DNA from: Bdellovibrionota bacterium
GTDB lineage: Bacteria; Bdellovibrionota_C; UBA2361; CAKMMH01
Reading direction: 5' to 3'
NCBI GenBank assembly: GCA_050952645.1
Contig: JBMNLI010000007.1
Coordinates: 32,001 to 96,000, forward strand
Length of the DNA: 64,000 nucleotides
The notes beneath the pieces are model-generated. The model was not told the DNA's origin, ran no database searches, and worked only from the letters and a program-made list of their open reading frames with translations. This document shows, piece by piece, positions 43,587 through 54,721 of this stretch. Each line of letters begins with the position of its first letter. Position 1 is the first letter of the stretch. The translations under genes were made by a program, and so were the position numbers.

Positions 43587-45764
43587 ATGAAGAGTGATTT
43601 TATAAAAACGCATAATGCAAAGTTTTCGGCTAAGCTATTAGCTATATTAGTCTGCTTTATCTCCCTATTTATAGCAAGAAATAGAGTTTTTTACGTTTTA
43701 GATACTAAAATTATAGGTGGTGTAGTCGGGGACAGTGGACTTTATTATTGGCTAGCAAAATCTTTTGTAAGAAATATTTTTGAAAATTCTTTTTTTCAAA
43801 CCTCCATGTATTATCCGTATGGATATACGCTTGCTTGGAGTGATAACTTTATATTGCCAAGTGCTTTTATAAATTTTTTAAATTTATTTTTTTCTTTCGA
43901 TGTTTCTTATAATCTATGTTTTATTTTTACTTGGCTACTTAATGGATTTTCCTGTTTTTTGCTTTTATATTTTTTAACTGGCTCTTTTATTTATTCAATT
44001 TTACCGAGTGTGCTTTTTTGTATAAACTCTTCGCTAGGTTTTTCTATGGGGCATCCGCAGCTTCAATTTATTTTTTTTATTCCACTTGGTATCTATTATT
44101 TTTTAAGATTTATTGCATACGAAAGAAAAAGAGATTCTTTTTATTTAGGTTTAACAATCCTTTTATCTTTTTTAACGACCGTTTATTATGCCTTGTTTTT
44201 ATGTTTAGTTATTTTCTTTTTGTATATAGCAATCTTTTTATTAAAGCCTAAGTACGTTTTAAAATATAAGCATATAACAAACTTGCTAAAAGGTTTTATT
44301 TTAGGGTTTCTCCCTATAACTATATTTTTAGTCCCTTATTTTAATGTTAAAAAAACTTTTTCTAAAAGGGCTCTATATGAGGCTTACGCATTTTCATCAA
44401 ATTTAAGTTCTTATTTTACGAGTTCTCCTCTAAGCGTATTTTATAAAAATTTTAATTTTTCACATAACGAAAGCGTTTCATTCGTAGGCTTTATTCCAAT
44501 TATTTCACTACTTTTATTAACTATCACGATTTTAAAAGGCGCTAAAGTTTTAAGTAAACATTTATTTAGTTTTTCCGTGCTATTTTTAATAGGCTTATAC
44601 TTAACTAGCTTTATAACCGAAGAAAATTATATTTCTTATTATGCTTCATTTTTTTTATGGAGTGGGTATCTAGTTTTAATTTTTATGCTTATTAAACTTA
44701 AGAATTTAGAGTATAACGACAACCTTTATATATTAAGCAATAGAGGGCTAATCTTAAGTTTTTTATTTTTGCTTGTATCTCTTGTTTTCTTGTCGCTAGG
44801 TCCTCTTGGGAGTGAAGTAGCGGTATCACGCCCGACTGGTTTATATAGTGTAATGTATCATATATTTCCTGGGGTTAATGCGATGCGTGCTACTGGGCGA
44901 ATTGGATTAGTCGTGATTTTAGTAATGTATATATTATTTTCGTTAAATTTTTATTTAATATCTAGGAAGAGTAAGTTTGTATCGCTTATTTTTGTGTTAT
45001 GTTTTTTATTAAATTTTGCAGAACAAAAAGTAGTAGCGTTTCAAATAGGAAATAAGCCTAAAGTAAAGTATGAAGCTATTATAGCTAAGCTAAACGCGTT
45101 GCCTAGTAAGTATGCTATGATATATTTGCCAATGGTAAATGATAAAAATAAAAACTCAGAAGTTAATTATGCAAATATGAGTGTATCTTATATGATAGAT
45201 GCGCTGTCTCATAGGCACCCTATAATAAATGGCTATTCTGGGCAGAGAGGACGCTCTGGCAAGGAGTATCGAGATATAATGAGAGATTTTCCAGACAAAC
45301 TTTCCGTAGCCACACTAACTAATAATTACAATTTAAAATACGTATTTTATGATGGGGATAAAGTTGATGGTTTCGATGCTAAAGCCTTTGAAGAAAAGGT
45401 TAGCAATTTTAAAAATGATTTAAAGATTATAGCCAAGCAGGGCAATGCTTATTTGATAGAGTATATAGGAAGTGTAGTTAATGAAAAAGGTTATTATTTA
45501 ATGGTTCCAAAGTATTATGATAAAATTGATATAAATATAAAAACCAAAGGTAGCCCTAAAGAGATGGCTAATAAAGCTATAATGATAAAAAACAATAATA
45601 ATGATGCGTATGTAGGAAGCATTACTTCTAAGGGAGATGGGAAGTGGATTAAGTATAAGGTAGATTTATCGAAAACGTTTTGCGACAATAAGGTTTCTCC
45701 ATATAGGCTTGTTTTTTCTAATATTTCAAATGGTCAAAAGGTGTATATAAAGCATTACGATTAA
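43587..45764 (+). CDS. Polytopic membrane protein, probable GT-C/YfhO-like
   Basis: GD in first loop, YYPYG..LAWSD, many TM helices, MRATGR, INGYSG. Confidence 0.65.
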   Translation: MKSDFIKTHNAKFSAKLLAILVCFISLFIARNRVFYVLDTKIIGGVVGDSGLYYWLAKSFVRNIFENSFFQTSMYYPYGYTLAWSDNFILPSAFINFLNLFFSFDVSYNLCFIFTWLLNGFSCFLLLYFLTGSFIYSILPSVLFCINSSLGFSMGHPQLQFIFFIPLGIYYFLRFIAYERKRDSFYLGLTILLSFLTTVYYALFLCLVIFFLYIAIFLLKPKYVLKYKHITNLLKGFILGFLPITIFLVPYFNVKKTFSKRALYEAYAFSSNLSSYFTSSPLSVFYKNFNFSHNESVSFVGFIPIISLLLLTITILKGAKVLSKHLFSFSVLFLIGLYLTSFITEENYISYYASFFLWSGYLVLIFMLIKLKNLEYNDNLYILSNRGLILSFLFLLVSLVFLSLGPLGSEVAVSRPTGLYSVMYHIFPGVNAMRATGRIGLVVILVMYILFSLNFYLISRKSKFVSLIFVLCFLLNFAEQKVVAFQIGNKPKVKYEAIIAKLNALPSKYAMIYLPMVNDKNKNSEVNYANMSVSYMIDALSHRHPIINGYSGQRGRSGKEYRDIMRDFPDKLSVATLTNNYNLKYVFYDGDKVDGFDAKAFEEKVSNFKNDLKIIAKQGNAYLIEYIGSVVNEKGYYLMVPKYYDKIDINIKTKGSPKEMANKAIMIKNNNNDAYVGSITSKGDGKWIKYKVDLSKTFCDNKVSPYRLVFSNISNGQKVYIKHYD

Positions 45765-45970
45765 GCCTTAATACGTTTTTTTTAAAGAAAGTGGCTAGGT
45801 TAATTTTACAATTTTAAGTTAGCTAAAAGCTAAAGAAAAGGCTACTTGTTTGATATATCCCCAAAAAATACCTCTAAGTTAAAATAAACCTGCATAGCAA
45901 AACAGCGTTTTGTATAATAAAAAGATTGTGAGTTGATTTTATATACTTATCTTATATAAAGGAGAAGATT

Positions 45971-46374
45971 ATGGAAGTAAATATGGGAGCTAGAAGGGGG
46001 GCTCGAGGACATAGAGGAATGGAGCTAGTCAAGATGATAGAGCTAGTCAAGAAGGACAAGTTGATAATGGAGGGTTGAGGGCAGCTAATATGCCAACAGT
46101 GAGTAATCCTAATGCTCAAGTCGGAGATAAAATATTGTACGAAAATGTTGAAAAAATCTTAACGACAATGGTTAAAGAAGGTAGGCTAAGAAAAGGAGAT
46201 TTAAATGAATTTTTCTTTAGTTTAATAAAAGGAAGTGAATTAGAAGAAATTGCAAATAAAGCATTAAAATCTCTAAGTTCCGCTTTTTCAGATAAACTAA
46301 AGTTTAAACGAGAAAGTGAAGACAGGGAGTGGAGAAGAAAGAGGAGGAGATGGATTTTTGCAGAAAACTCCTAA
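45971..46374 (+). CDS. Hypothetical protein, apparently frameshifted near 46018
   Basis: AAGGAG SD plus ATG 45971; adding one A joins it to the frame of ORF 46075-46374. Confidence 0.45.
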
Positions 46375-46514
46375 CTTTATTACCCTTTAAAAGCGAAGAA
46401 AGATTTTTTGTAATTATTTGAAAATATTAAAAAAATAAAACTTTGAGAAGAAAAGTGGATGCCTCGCCAAGAATATCAAGCAACAAAGGGAACGATAACT
46501 CAGAAATTTAAATT

Positions 46515-46622
46515 AGCTCTCTCCCTCTTGCTTTTGCCTTTTAAGATGGTTAGAAAACCGATAATAAAAGAGTTTCTAAACACACACTTTTAAATACACG
46601 CAAAAGCGAGAGGGAAAGAACT
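46515..46622. repeat. Long hairpin between convergent genes, related to the repeat family
   Basis: TCCCTCTTGCTTTTGC/GCAAAAGCGAGAGGGA; inner TTTTAAGATGGTTAGAAA resembles the family left arm. Confidence 0.6.
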
Positions 46623-46631
46623 ACTTAAATT

Positions 46632-46997
46632 TTATTCTTCTTCTCTTCGGTACTCGCTATGACCATTCGGTCTACCAGACCCATGATGCCCATCATGTTG
46701 TCTAAATCCGCCACCTCTATGTCCTCTTGGTCCTCTTTCTTGCCTTTCTTGTCTTTCCTCTTTTGGTCTAGCCTCATTTACTACCATTGTGCGACCTTGT
46801 AAATCTGAGCCATTTAAAGCCTCAATCGCAGTTTTAGCCTCATCATCATTAGGCATAGTTACGAACCCAAAGCCCTTAGATTTTCCAGAACGGAAAGTTA
46901 TAATGCTTGCAGATTCTACCTGCCCGTATTGACTAAAAAGTTCCTTAAGCTCATCGCCAGTTACGGCATAAACAAGATTGCCAACATAAATATTCAT
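46632..46997 (-). CDS. RRM (RNP-1) RNA-binding protein
   Basis: IYVGNL (RNP2), KGFGFVTM (RNP1), VNEARP, Gly/Arg tail. Confidence 0.95.
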   Translation of the reverse strand: MNIYVGNLVYAVTGDELKELFSQYGQVESASIITFRSGKSKGFGFVTMPNDDEAKTAIEALNGSDLQGRTMVVNEARPKEERQERQERGPRGHRGGGFRQHDGHHGSGRPNGHSEYRREEE

Positions 46998-47615
46998 TTT
47001 CTAATCCTTCAATAAATTTACACTATTTTGCACATAAAATGGAGTTATTCGCTTTGCAAAAAAACTCCTAAACACAATTAAACAAACTCATGATACGTTC
47101 TTACAATTTACATACAAGCTTTTAAGACTAGAGGTATGCCAAATTTTGAATATAACATGGTGTTTACTGTTTAATAAAAAATATTAAAAAAATTTTTATC
47201 AACACTAAACGGAGTAGATGTTATCACTTATTTTCTTTTTAAGCTATAAATAAAATAAATTTACGTTATTAATTTTTGCTCTTTCTCTTTTTTTCTTACA
47301 ATATACAATTGTTGCAACTAGTTATTAAAAGTTGCTAAGCTATATTAATTTGGCAATTCGCTTTTCTTTACAAAATAAACAAAAAACAAAAAACAAAATG
47401 GATAAAAAAGTTAAAATAAAAATGTTAATTTGTGATTATATATATTATAATAGTAAGGTAAGCGATTTTTAGTATAATATTTAGATATTTAGCTGAAAAT
47501 AGAAAATTTTACGATAGATTTTCATAGTGTAAAAATTTTGTAAACTCACTAAAGAACGTGAAAACAAAATTTAATATTATTTTAAGTTTATTATTATGTT
47601 ATGGGAGGTATTTAA

Positions 47616-48026
47616 ATGATGAAAAAAGGGTTAATTTTATTATTAGCTTTGACGCTTATTTCTTGCTCAGAATCGAGACCAAGATTATATCCAAATGAAA
47701 GATATCAAAGAACCGACTCTTATTCGCAACAAAGAGCTATCGATGAGTGTATGTCTCTAGCAGATCAATACGTAGGAAAGAAAAATATGGCTCTAGAAGC
47801 TACGAAACAAGGTGCCGTAGGGGCTGGTTTAGGAGCAGCTACTGGTGCTGTCGGTGGAGCAGTATTTGGTAAAACTGGTCGTGGAACGGGAGCTGGAGCG
47901 GCAATTGGCGGCATGCTAGGCGTTGCTTCAGGACTAAACGATAGCTCAGGTCATAGCCAAGATTATAAGAATTTTGTTGAAAGGTGTTTAGCAAAAAAAG
48001 GCTACGAAACTGCTGGTTGGGATTAG
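47616..48026 (+). CDS. Glycine-zipper lipoprotein
   Basis: LISC lipobox, GxxxG repeats, C-terminal CLAKKGY. Confidence 0.8.
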   Translation: MMKKGLILLLALTLISCSESRPRLYPNERYQRTDSYSQQRAIDECMSLADQYVGKKNMALEATKQGAVGAGLGAATGAVGGAVFGKTGRGTGAGAAIGGMLGVASGLNDSSGHSQDYKNFVERCLAKKGYETAGWD

Positions 48027-48207
48027 TTTTAAGTTGTATGTGTACTTAATTCTAAGCTAATTCTAAAGCTTAAAGAAAATAACGGTAAAAAACAAATTAA
48101 AAAAAAGTAAATTAAAAAAGTAAATTAAAAAGTAAATTAAAAAAAAAGATAAAAAGAAGTGCGACAAAAAATAAAAAACAAAAAAATAAAAAATAAGATG
48201 CACTAAT

Positions 48208-48259
48208 AGATAAGGGATTTAGATAAGGGATTTAGATAAGGGATTTAGATAAGGGATTT
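48208..48259. repeat. Tandem repeat, 13-bp unit AGATAAGGGATTT, about 4 copies
   Basis: Read directly. Confidence 0.85.
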
Positions 48260-48317
48260 TTTTTTACCGTTTATTTTCTACTTTAAAATAAAAAATTTTT
48301 CTAAAAGGAATATATAT

Positions 48318-48875
48318 ATGAATATATTAGGAGTTTTTATAATAGTTTTAGTAATATTACTACTTTGGGCAATCGCTATATATAATAGATTTATAAAATT
48401 AAAAAATGGCACTAATGAATCTTATAGCGGAATAGACGTTCAGTTAAAAAGAAGATACGACCTAATTCCTAACTTAATCGAGGTTGTAAAAGGTTATGCT
48501 TCACATGAAGAAGGAACGCTACTAAAAGTTACGGAAGCTAGAAATATCGCAATGAGTGTAAATAAGGGAGATATAAAAGCTGCATCTGAAGCCGAAAACA
48601 CGCTAACAAGCACGCTTAAAACCTTATTTGCACTAGCTGAAAATTATCCAGAATTAAAAGCGAACCAAAACTTTTTAGAACTTCAAAACTCATTAAGCGA
48701 TATAGAAGACGCTATCCAAAATGCTAGAAGATATTACAACGCTATCGTTAAAGATTACAATATCCTATGCGAAAGCTTTCCATCTGTAATAATTGCAAGT
48801 ATATTTAACTTTCAAAAAAGAGACTTTTTCGATATCGCTGATAATGAAAGAGAAAATATAAAAGTTAAGTTTTAG
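48318..48875 (+). CDS. lemA: LemA family protein
   Basis: QLKRRYDLIPNL, ENYPELKA, RRYYN. Confidence 0.95.
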   Translation: MNILGVFIIVLVILLLWAIAIYNRFIKLKNGTNESYSGIDVQLKRRYDLIPNLIEVVKGYASHEEGTLLKVTEARNIAMSVNKGDIKAASEAENTLTSTLKTLFALAENYPELKANQNFLELQNSLSDIEDAIQNARRYYNAIVKDYNILCESFPSVIIASIFNFQKRDFFDIADNERENIKVKF

Positions 48876-48935
48876 TTAAATAAAAAAATAAAGTAAAAAA
48901 TAAAATAAAAAATTAAAGTTAAGATATTTTTTAAT

Positions 48936-50012
48936 ATGGCAAATATTTTAGTATTAGGCGTAAAAATACCGTTTGTAGGTGGTGGACAAGAGGCTCTAGT
49001 AAGAAGCTTAGTAGCGGAGCTTAAAAGAAGAGGACATAGAGTAGATGCGATAGATATGCCCTTTTCACCATTTAAAAAAGAAGAGTATTTTAAGTTCGCC
49101 TCGATGTGGAGAAGTTTAGACTTATCATCATTTTGCGTGTTCGATGTCGATTTAGTAATCGCTACTAAATTTCCAACTTATTTTGCAAAGCATGATAAAA
49201 AAAGCATATGGCTAGTGCATCAGCAACGTTCCTGCTATGACCTTTACAATACTAGATATTCAGATGTATCAGATGATATCGAAGATGAGGCTTATAGAAG
49301 GCTAGTTTATGAAACAGATATTAAAGCTATAAAAGAAGCATCTTACGTTTCTGCTATTTCAAAAAATGTTGCTAATCGCTTAGAAAAATTTAATGGAATA
49401 AAAGCACATGTGCTTTATCCACCTTTAACGCTAGGAAACAGATATTATACTAAAAATCAAGATAATTATATTTTATCCATAGGAAGAATTTGCTCTATAA
49501 AACGTGTAGATATGCTTATAGAGGCACTTCCCTTTATAAAATCTGATATTAAAATTAAAGTAGCAGGAAGCTTCGATGAGCAAGCAACGGAAAGTTATCT
49601 AAAAAATATTATAGAAAAACATAATTTAAGTTCTCGAGTTGAGTTCTTAGGACGAATTTCAGACGAAGCACTACTAGAAGAATTAGCAAATGCACTAGCC
49701 GTATACTATGCGCCACTAGATGAAGATTATGGATACGTAACGCTTGAAGCTTTCGCCTCTTCAAAACCAGTAATAACGGCGTCAGATAGTGGAGGGTCTT
49801 TAGAGTTTGTTAAAGATAAAGAAAACGGATTAATCGTAGACCCTACACCTAAGGGAGTAGCTGAAAGTATAGAATACCTTGTGGCAAATAAAAATGAAGC
49901 AAAAAGAATGGGAGAAAATGCAAATAGATTAGTAAAAGAGTTAGGGTTAACGAGTGAAAGCTGGGATAATGTTATAACATCTTTGTTAAGCCCGATTAAA
50001 GATAAAATTTAA
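48936..50012 (+). CDS. Glycosyltransferase family 4
   Basis: GGQE, GRI..KR, EDYGYVTLEA (E-x7-E). Confidence 0.9.
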   Translation: MANILVLGVKIPFVGGGQEALVRSLVAELKRRGHRVDAIDMPFSPFKKEEYFKFASMWRSLDLSSFCVFDVDLVIATKFPTYFAKHDKKSIWLVHQQRSCYDLYNTRYSDVSDDIEDEAYRRLVYETDIKAIKEASYVSAISKNVANRLEKFNGIKAHVLYPPLTLGNRYYTKNQDNYILSIGRICSIKRVDMLIEALPFIKSDIKIKVAGSFDEQATESYLKNIIEKHNLSSRVEFLGRISDEALLEELANALAVYYAPLDEDYGYVTLEAFASSKPVITASDSGGSLEFVKDKENGLIVDPTPKGVAESIEYLVANKNEAKRMGENANRLVKELGLTSESWDNVITSLLSPIKDKI

Positions 50013-50044
50013 AAAGCCATAAAGAAAGCAATGAAAAGAAAGCA

Positions 50045-51313
50045 ATGAAAGAAAATAATAAACGTTTAAAGATAGCCTTTTTTACTCCTCTAAAAGAGGG
50101 AACGAAATCGTTCTATTTTTCTAAAAATATTTTACCTTTTTTAAAAGAATATTGTGATATAGATATTTTTTCAGATGAAACTATTGTTGAAACTTTTTGC
50201 TCTTTAAACGTGTACCACTATAAGGCATCGTTTTTACATAATAAAGAAAAAAAGTATGATATCTTTTTTTATCAAGTAGAAGATAGTATAGATACGAATT
50301 TTTGTAGGCTTCATTTATCATTAACCAAAGGGGTCGTTTTTTTTCACGATTATTACGTATTTACTTATCCACCTCAAGCTATCATTAGTAGCCTTGTAAA
50401 AGAGCAATGCGATAATATAAAAAGAGATTTAGGAAAAGCACTATTTTCATTAACGCCAAGCCCGTTTATTATTCATAAGGCGAAAGCCTACACGAGAAAT
50501 AATATCTCTTCGATATATAAAAATAATATAACTTATTTACCGTACCCATTAGAAGATTTTAATTTTAAAGATAATTTAAATGAGAAAATTATTGAGAAAA
50601 CTAATGAGAAAACTAATGAGAAAATTAAAGAACAAAATAAAACTATTAAAATTTTATTTGAGGGTAGCACTAGCAAAGATAGCAGATACTTTAAAATGCT
50701 TCGAGGCGTAAAAAATATAAAAGATAGCAAGCTTACTTGGCTTACTTCAAAAGAAGAAATAGAAGTAGCAAAAAAACTTTGTATCGATAATGGTATAAAA
50801 CAATTTGAGGTTTTAGAAAATAATTTTAAAAATATGAAAGAGGCGATTTTAAAAGTAGATGTTGCTATATGTTTAGTAAAGTTTTTAAATCACCATAATA
50901 TATTTTTAATCCTTAACGCTCTTAAAAATGGCGTCTTTGTGATAGCAAATAAGCTACAAAATTCATATACTTTTATCGATGATTTAGAGATTTTTCCTAA
51001 AAATTATATCGCTAAAGTTAGTATAGGCAAAACGGAAGAAAAAGAGATAGAGTTTTTTATAAATGCTTACAAAGATGGTAAAGTAATGCTAGATTATAAA
51101 AAACTATATGAAGAATATTTAATAAATTTTTCTTCAAAGTATGTAGCTAAAGATTTATATAATTTGCTACTTTCAATTTCAGATGATATAAAAGAATTTT
51201 ATAAAGCATTTGAAAAGCTTGAACTTGAGGCTAGAAATAAAGTCCTTAAAAAAGCTTTCTTAAAAGATGATGAATATCTAAAAGATGCACGAGAAGAACT
51301 CGGGCTAGTGTGA
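50045..51313 (+). CDS. Divergent GT-B fold glycosyltransferase-like protein
   Basis: KIAFFTPL start and FHD; between two GT4 genes; no E-x7-E motif. Confidence 0.5.
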   Translation: MKENNKRLKIAFFTPLKEGTKSFYFSKNILPFLKEYCDIDIFSDETIVETFCSLNVYHYKASFLHNKEKKYDIFFYQVEDSIDTNFCRLHLSLTKGVVFFHDYYVFTYPPQAIISSLVKEQCDNIKRDLGKALFSLTPSPFIIHKAKAYTRNNISSIYKNNITYLPYPLEDFNFKDNLNEKIIEKTNEKTNEKIKEQNKTIKILFEGSTSKDSRYFKMLRGVKNIKDSKLTWLTSKEEIEVAKKLCIDNGIKQFEVLENNFKNMKEAILKVDVAICLVKFLNHHNIFLILNALKNGVFVIANKLQNSYTFIDDLEIFPKNYIAKVSIGKTEEKEIEFFINAYKDGKVMLDYKKLYEEYLINFSSKYVAKDLYNLLLSISDDIKEFYKAFEKLELEARNKVLKKAFLKDDEYLKDAREELGLV

Positions 51314-51347
51314 TTAAAACTAGTATGATTAAATAAGGTGTTAAAGT

Positions 51348-52550
51348 ATGAGTAATAATAGTTTTGCATTCGTAGTTCCAAGGTATGGTAAAAAAATTGC
51401 TGGTGGTTGTGAAACTTTAGTTAGAGAGTTTGCAGAAAGGCTCGCTAAAAACGGTGATAATGTAGACGTTCTTTCTACTTGTGCAATCGATAACAGAACT
51501 TGGGAAAATGCTTTAAAAGAAGAAGAAAAAGTTGAAGATGGTGTAAATGTAAAAAGATTTTTAGTAGATGATAGAGATCTAGAAAAATGGATTCCATACC
51601 AAATAGAGTTAAGTGCAAATAAAATGATCTCGGTCGATGAGCAACTTACATGGATGAAAAATGGAGTTAACTCTACAAGACTTTACGAATACATAAAAAA
51701 CAATGAGACAAAATATAGAGCAATATTTTTTGCACCATATCTTTTCGGGACTACATTTTGGGGAAGTTTAGTAGCCCCTAAAAAAAGTATTTTAATTCCA
51801 TGTCTTCACGATGAAATTTACGCTTACACAGATATAGTAGCTAGCATGTTTAGGCAAGTAAGAGGCTGCGTGTTCAATGCATTGCCAGAAAAAACGCTTG
51901 CACAATCCTTATATGGTGAAGATATAAAAGGGGATAGCGTTGGTATGGGATTTATTTTGCCGAAAAACGAAGAGCAAGAAGCATTAAAGCCTTATTTCGA
52001 TGATGAGTTTAATTATATTTTATACGTTGGAAGAAAAGAAACTGGTAAAAATGTTCATCTGCTAATAGATTATTTTACATCGTTAAAAGACGGTGCTAAG
52101 CTTCCGAAAGATTTAAAATTAGTTATAGCAGGTGGGGGGTCTTTTGAAGACCTTCAAAGAAAAGAGGCTAAAAATAGAGAAGATATAATAGATATCGGAT
52201 ACGTTAGCGAGGAAGATAAACAAAGGTTAATTAAACATTCGCTTCTACTTTGCCAGCCGTCCGTAAATGAATCTTTTTCAATCGTTATAATGGAAGCTTG
52301 GGGTTTAAGAGTGCCAGTTTTAGTAAATGGTTTTTGCCAAGTTACTGCATACCATGTTAAAAATTCCGAAGGAGGTTTTACTTTTTCAAATAAAAGAGAG
52401 TTCGCATCATCTGTAAACAATATTTTACAAGAAAAGTTAGATAATAATAGCATACGTGCTAATAAAGGTTATGAATACGTAAAAGAAAAATATAATTGGG
52501 ATGCGATTATAAAGAAATTTTATAAAACTGTAGATGGAATTTTAAGTTAA
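51348..52550 (+). CDS. Glycosyltransferase family 4
   Basis: VVPRYG..GGCE, YVGR..KN, ESFSIVIMEA. Confidence 0.9.
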   Translation: MSNNSFAFVVPRYGKKIAGGCETLVREFAERLAKNGDNVDVLSTCAIDNRTWENALKEEEKVEDGVNVKRFLVDDRDLEKWIPYQIELSANKMISVDEQLTWMKNGVNSTRLYEYIKNNETKYRAIFFAPYLFGTTFWGSLVAPKKSILIPCLHDEIYAYTDIVASMFRQVRGCVFNALPEKTLAQSLYGEDIKGDSVGMGFILPKNEEQEALKPYFDDEFNYILYVGRKETGKNVHLLIDYFTSLKDGAKLPKDLKLVIAGGGSFEDLQRKEAKNREDIIDIGYVSEEDKQRLIKHSLLLCQPSVNESFSIVIMEAWGLRVPVLVNGFCQVTAYHVKNSEGGFTFSNKREFASSVNNILQEKLDNNSIRANKGYEYVKEKYNWDAIIKKFYKTVDGILS

Positions 52551-52560
52551 AATTTAAAAT

Positions 52561-54003
52561 TTATTTTTCTAAAATTCTTATAAGTGTAGTTCTATCGATT
52601 TTTAATTTCTTAGCAGTTAGTGTTTGATTGTTGTTGTTCTTTTTTAATTCATTACTAACTATAAGTTTTCTAAAACTATCGACTTTCTCTTTGAATGATA
52701 AAGAAGTATCAAGCATTAAATTATTTTCTATATAGCGCCTTGTCTCGTTATTTAAGCCATCTTTTTTATCTACGGCATTTTTATTTTCAATGTTTTTATT
52801 TGTGATATCTTTACCTACAAAAGAAATATCATCCTTTTCTATAAATTGTCTATTATGAAAATTAGCCTTATAAGCGCTTACTTTAATTATAGCTTCAAGT
52901 TCTCTAATGTTTCCTTGAAAGGGGTATGATTTTAATTTTTCTAAAGCTTTATCGTCGATATCTTTAATTATGATATCTTCTTTTTTTGAAAGTTCTTTTA
53001 GAAAAAATAAGCTTAAAGGTTTTATATCTTCTAGTCTTTCTCTTAGAGGAGGAAGCTCGATAATGGAGTGTGCAATTCTTTGGTAAAAGTCGAACCTTAA
53101 TTTTTTATTTTCTATCGCCTCTTCAATATTTTCATTAGTAGCGCAAATAAGCCTAAAGTTTACGTTTATCTCTTTAGTATATCCAATTTTGCGAATTTTT
53201 TGTTCTTGAAGCACCGTTAGAAGTGCTATTTGAATCTCTATCGGAAGCAGTGCCACTTCATCTAGGAAAAATGTCCCATTGTTAGAAAGTTCTAAAAGTC
53301 CTTTTTTATCTTCCGTAGCACCTGTAAAAGCACCTTTTTTATGCCCGAAAAGATCTGAGTTTGTAAGGTCGTTAGATAAATAATTTGGTTGGTATCTTAT
53401 AAATTGAGTGTCGCTATATTTTCCAAAAAGGTGAATAGCTTTTGCAACGAGTCCTTTTCCCGTGCCAGTTTCTCCCTTGATAAGAACTGATGAGTTGTTT
53501 TCACTCAAGAATAAAATTTCATCTCTAACTTTTTTTATAGCATCACTTTCCCCGATAATAAAATTTTCTAAATTATCTTGCGTAGTTTTATTTTTTAAAT
53601 TTTCATATTCCCTAAGTAGCAAAGCTTGGCTAGCAGCATCTTTTATAAGCACAGCAAGGTGCGTAGCATCGGCAGGCTTTTTTAAAAAGTTTGAAGCTCC
53701 TAATCTTATAGCTTTTATACCACACTCTGAAGAAGTGTGCCCAGTTAAGATTATAATTTTACAAGTTTTATCTTCTTTTAAAAATTTTTGAAGAAGCTCA
53801 TACCCACTTTCAACGCCTTTAGTCTCGTTTAGCTCTAAGTCTAATACTGCGACTAAGGGTTTTTTTAATTTTAAAATTTTAAAACTTTCTACCTCGGATG
53901 ATGATGTGTAGATATCTTTTTTTATCCCATTTGCGATTAAAGCTCTTTTTAAACTTATTAAGTAATCTTTATCATCATCGACTAGCAATATTGAGTTTGT
54001 CAT
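52561..54003 (-). CDS. Sigma54-dependent response regulator (REC-AAA+-Fis HTH)
   Basis: LVDDD..LD..LTGH..KP; GETGTGK, GAFTGA, LDEV, GNIREL; HTH. Confidence 0.93.
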   Translation of the reverse strand: MTNSILLVDDDKDYLISLKRALIANGIKKDIYTSSSEVESFKILKLKKPLVAVLDLELNETKGVESGYELLQKFLKEDKTCKIIILTGHTSSECGIKAIRLGASNFLKKPADATHLAVLIKDAASQALLLREYENLKNKTTQDNLENFIIGESDAIKKVRDEILFLSENNSSVLIKGETGTGKGLVAKAIHLFGKYSDTQFIRYQPNYLSNDLTNSDLFGHKKGAFTGATEDKKGLLELSNNGTFFLDEVALLPIEIQIALLTVLQEQKIRKIGYTKEINVNFRLICATNENIEEAIENKKLRFDFYQRIAHSIIELPPLRERLEDIKPLSLFFLKELSKKEDIIIKDIDDKALEKLKSYPFQGNIRELEAIIKVSAYKANFHNRQFIEKDDISFVGKDITNKNIENKNAVDKKDGLNNETRRYIENNLMLDTSLSFKEKVDSFRKLIVSNELKKNNNNQTLTAKKLKIDRTTLIRILEK

Positions 54004-54006
54004 ATT

Positions 54007-54663
54007 TTAGAAGCCCTTAATAGTAAAATGTATTAAATTTTTTTTAGAAGTAAGTTTTATAGTTAATCCTAAATCATTAAGTAAGATATCTGATAATATA
54101 GCATCGATAGAGTCGATGTTATTTTTAACATTTATATATTCAAAAAGCGAGTTAAACTCTGCTTGGTCTTTAAGATTATTTTTTTCAGACACTCTTTCAA
54201 TCGCCTTAAAAGAGGAATTTAAAGTAAATTTATCTTCTTTTTTTTCTAGTCTTATTTTTAAATTACACTTTTCATCTAAAAAAAGATTTAAAGATTTAAA
54301 AACGCTATAAAGTAAAGTAAAATAATTAAAAAAATCGTTTTTGTTTAAAAAAACTAACTTATTAAATTCTTGTCCGTTTTCAAGCTCTATAAACGAGAGT
54401 GTTTTTAATTCAGATATTAGAAAGTTTTCTTTTTTGTTAATTTCTTTATTTTCTTGATTGTTTATCATAAAAATAGCATTATCTACAATTAAGTTTATTT
54501 TATTTATGGAATTTTTAACTGAGTTATTAATTTGCGTCAGCTCATCGTTTTTTATAATGTGTGAGCAGTATTCCACGTCATTTTGAATAGTAGCAAGTGG
54601 AGTTCTAATTTTATGAGTAATCGCTTGCAAAAGATATGATAGTAGTTTTCTAGAGTTTTCCAT
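54007..54663 (-). CDS. Sensor-less degenerate histidine kinase-like protein
   Basis: H-box THKIRTPL near the N-terminus; no recognisable N/G1/G2 boxes; adjacent to the response regulator. Confidence 0.6.
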   Translation of the reverse strand: MENSRKLLSYLLQAITHKIRTPLATIQNDVEYCSHIIKNDELTQINNSVKNSINKINLIVDNAIFMINNQENKEINKKENFLISELKTLSFIELENGQEFNKLVFLNKNDFFNYFTLLYSVFKSLNLFLDEKCNLKIRLEKKEDKFTLNSSFKAIERVSEKNNLKDQAEFNSLFEYINVKNNIDSIDAILSDILLNDLGLTIKLTSKKNLIHFTIKGF

Positions 54664-54721
54664 AACTAAATTTAGTTTATTATATTTATAAGAAAAAATA
54701 AAAGATTTATAAAAAGATTAT

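Noticed and set aside
47125..47145. Sigma54 promoter for the RRM gene (TTGGCAT on minus strand)
   Set aside because: No GC at the -12 position
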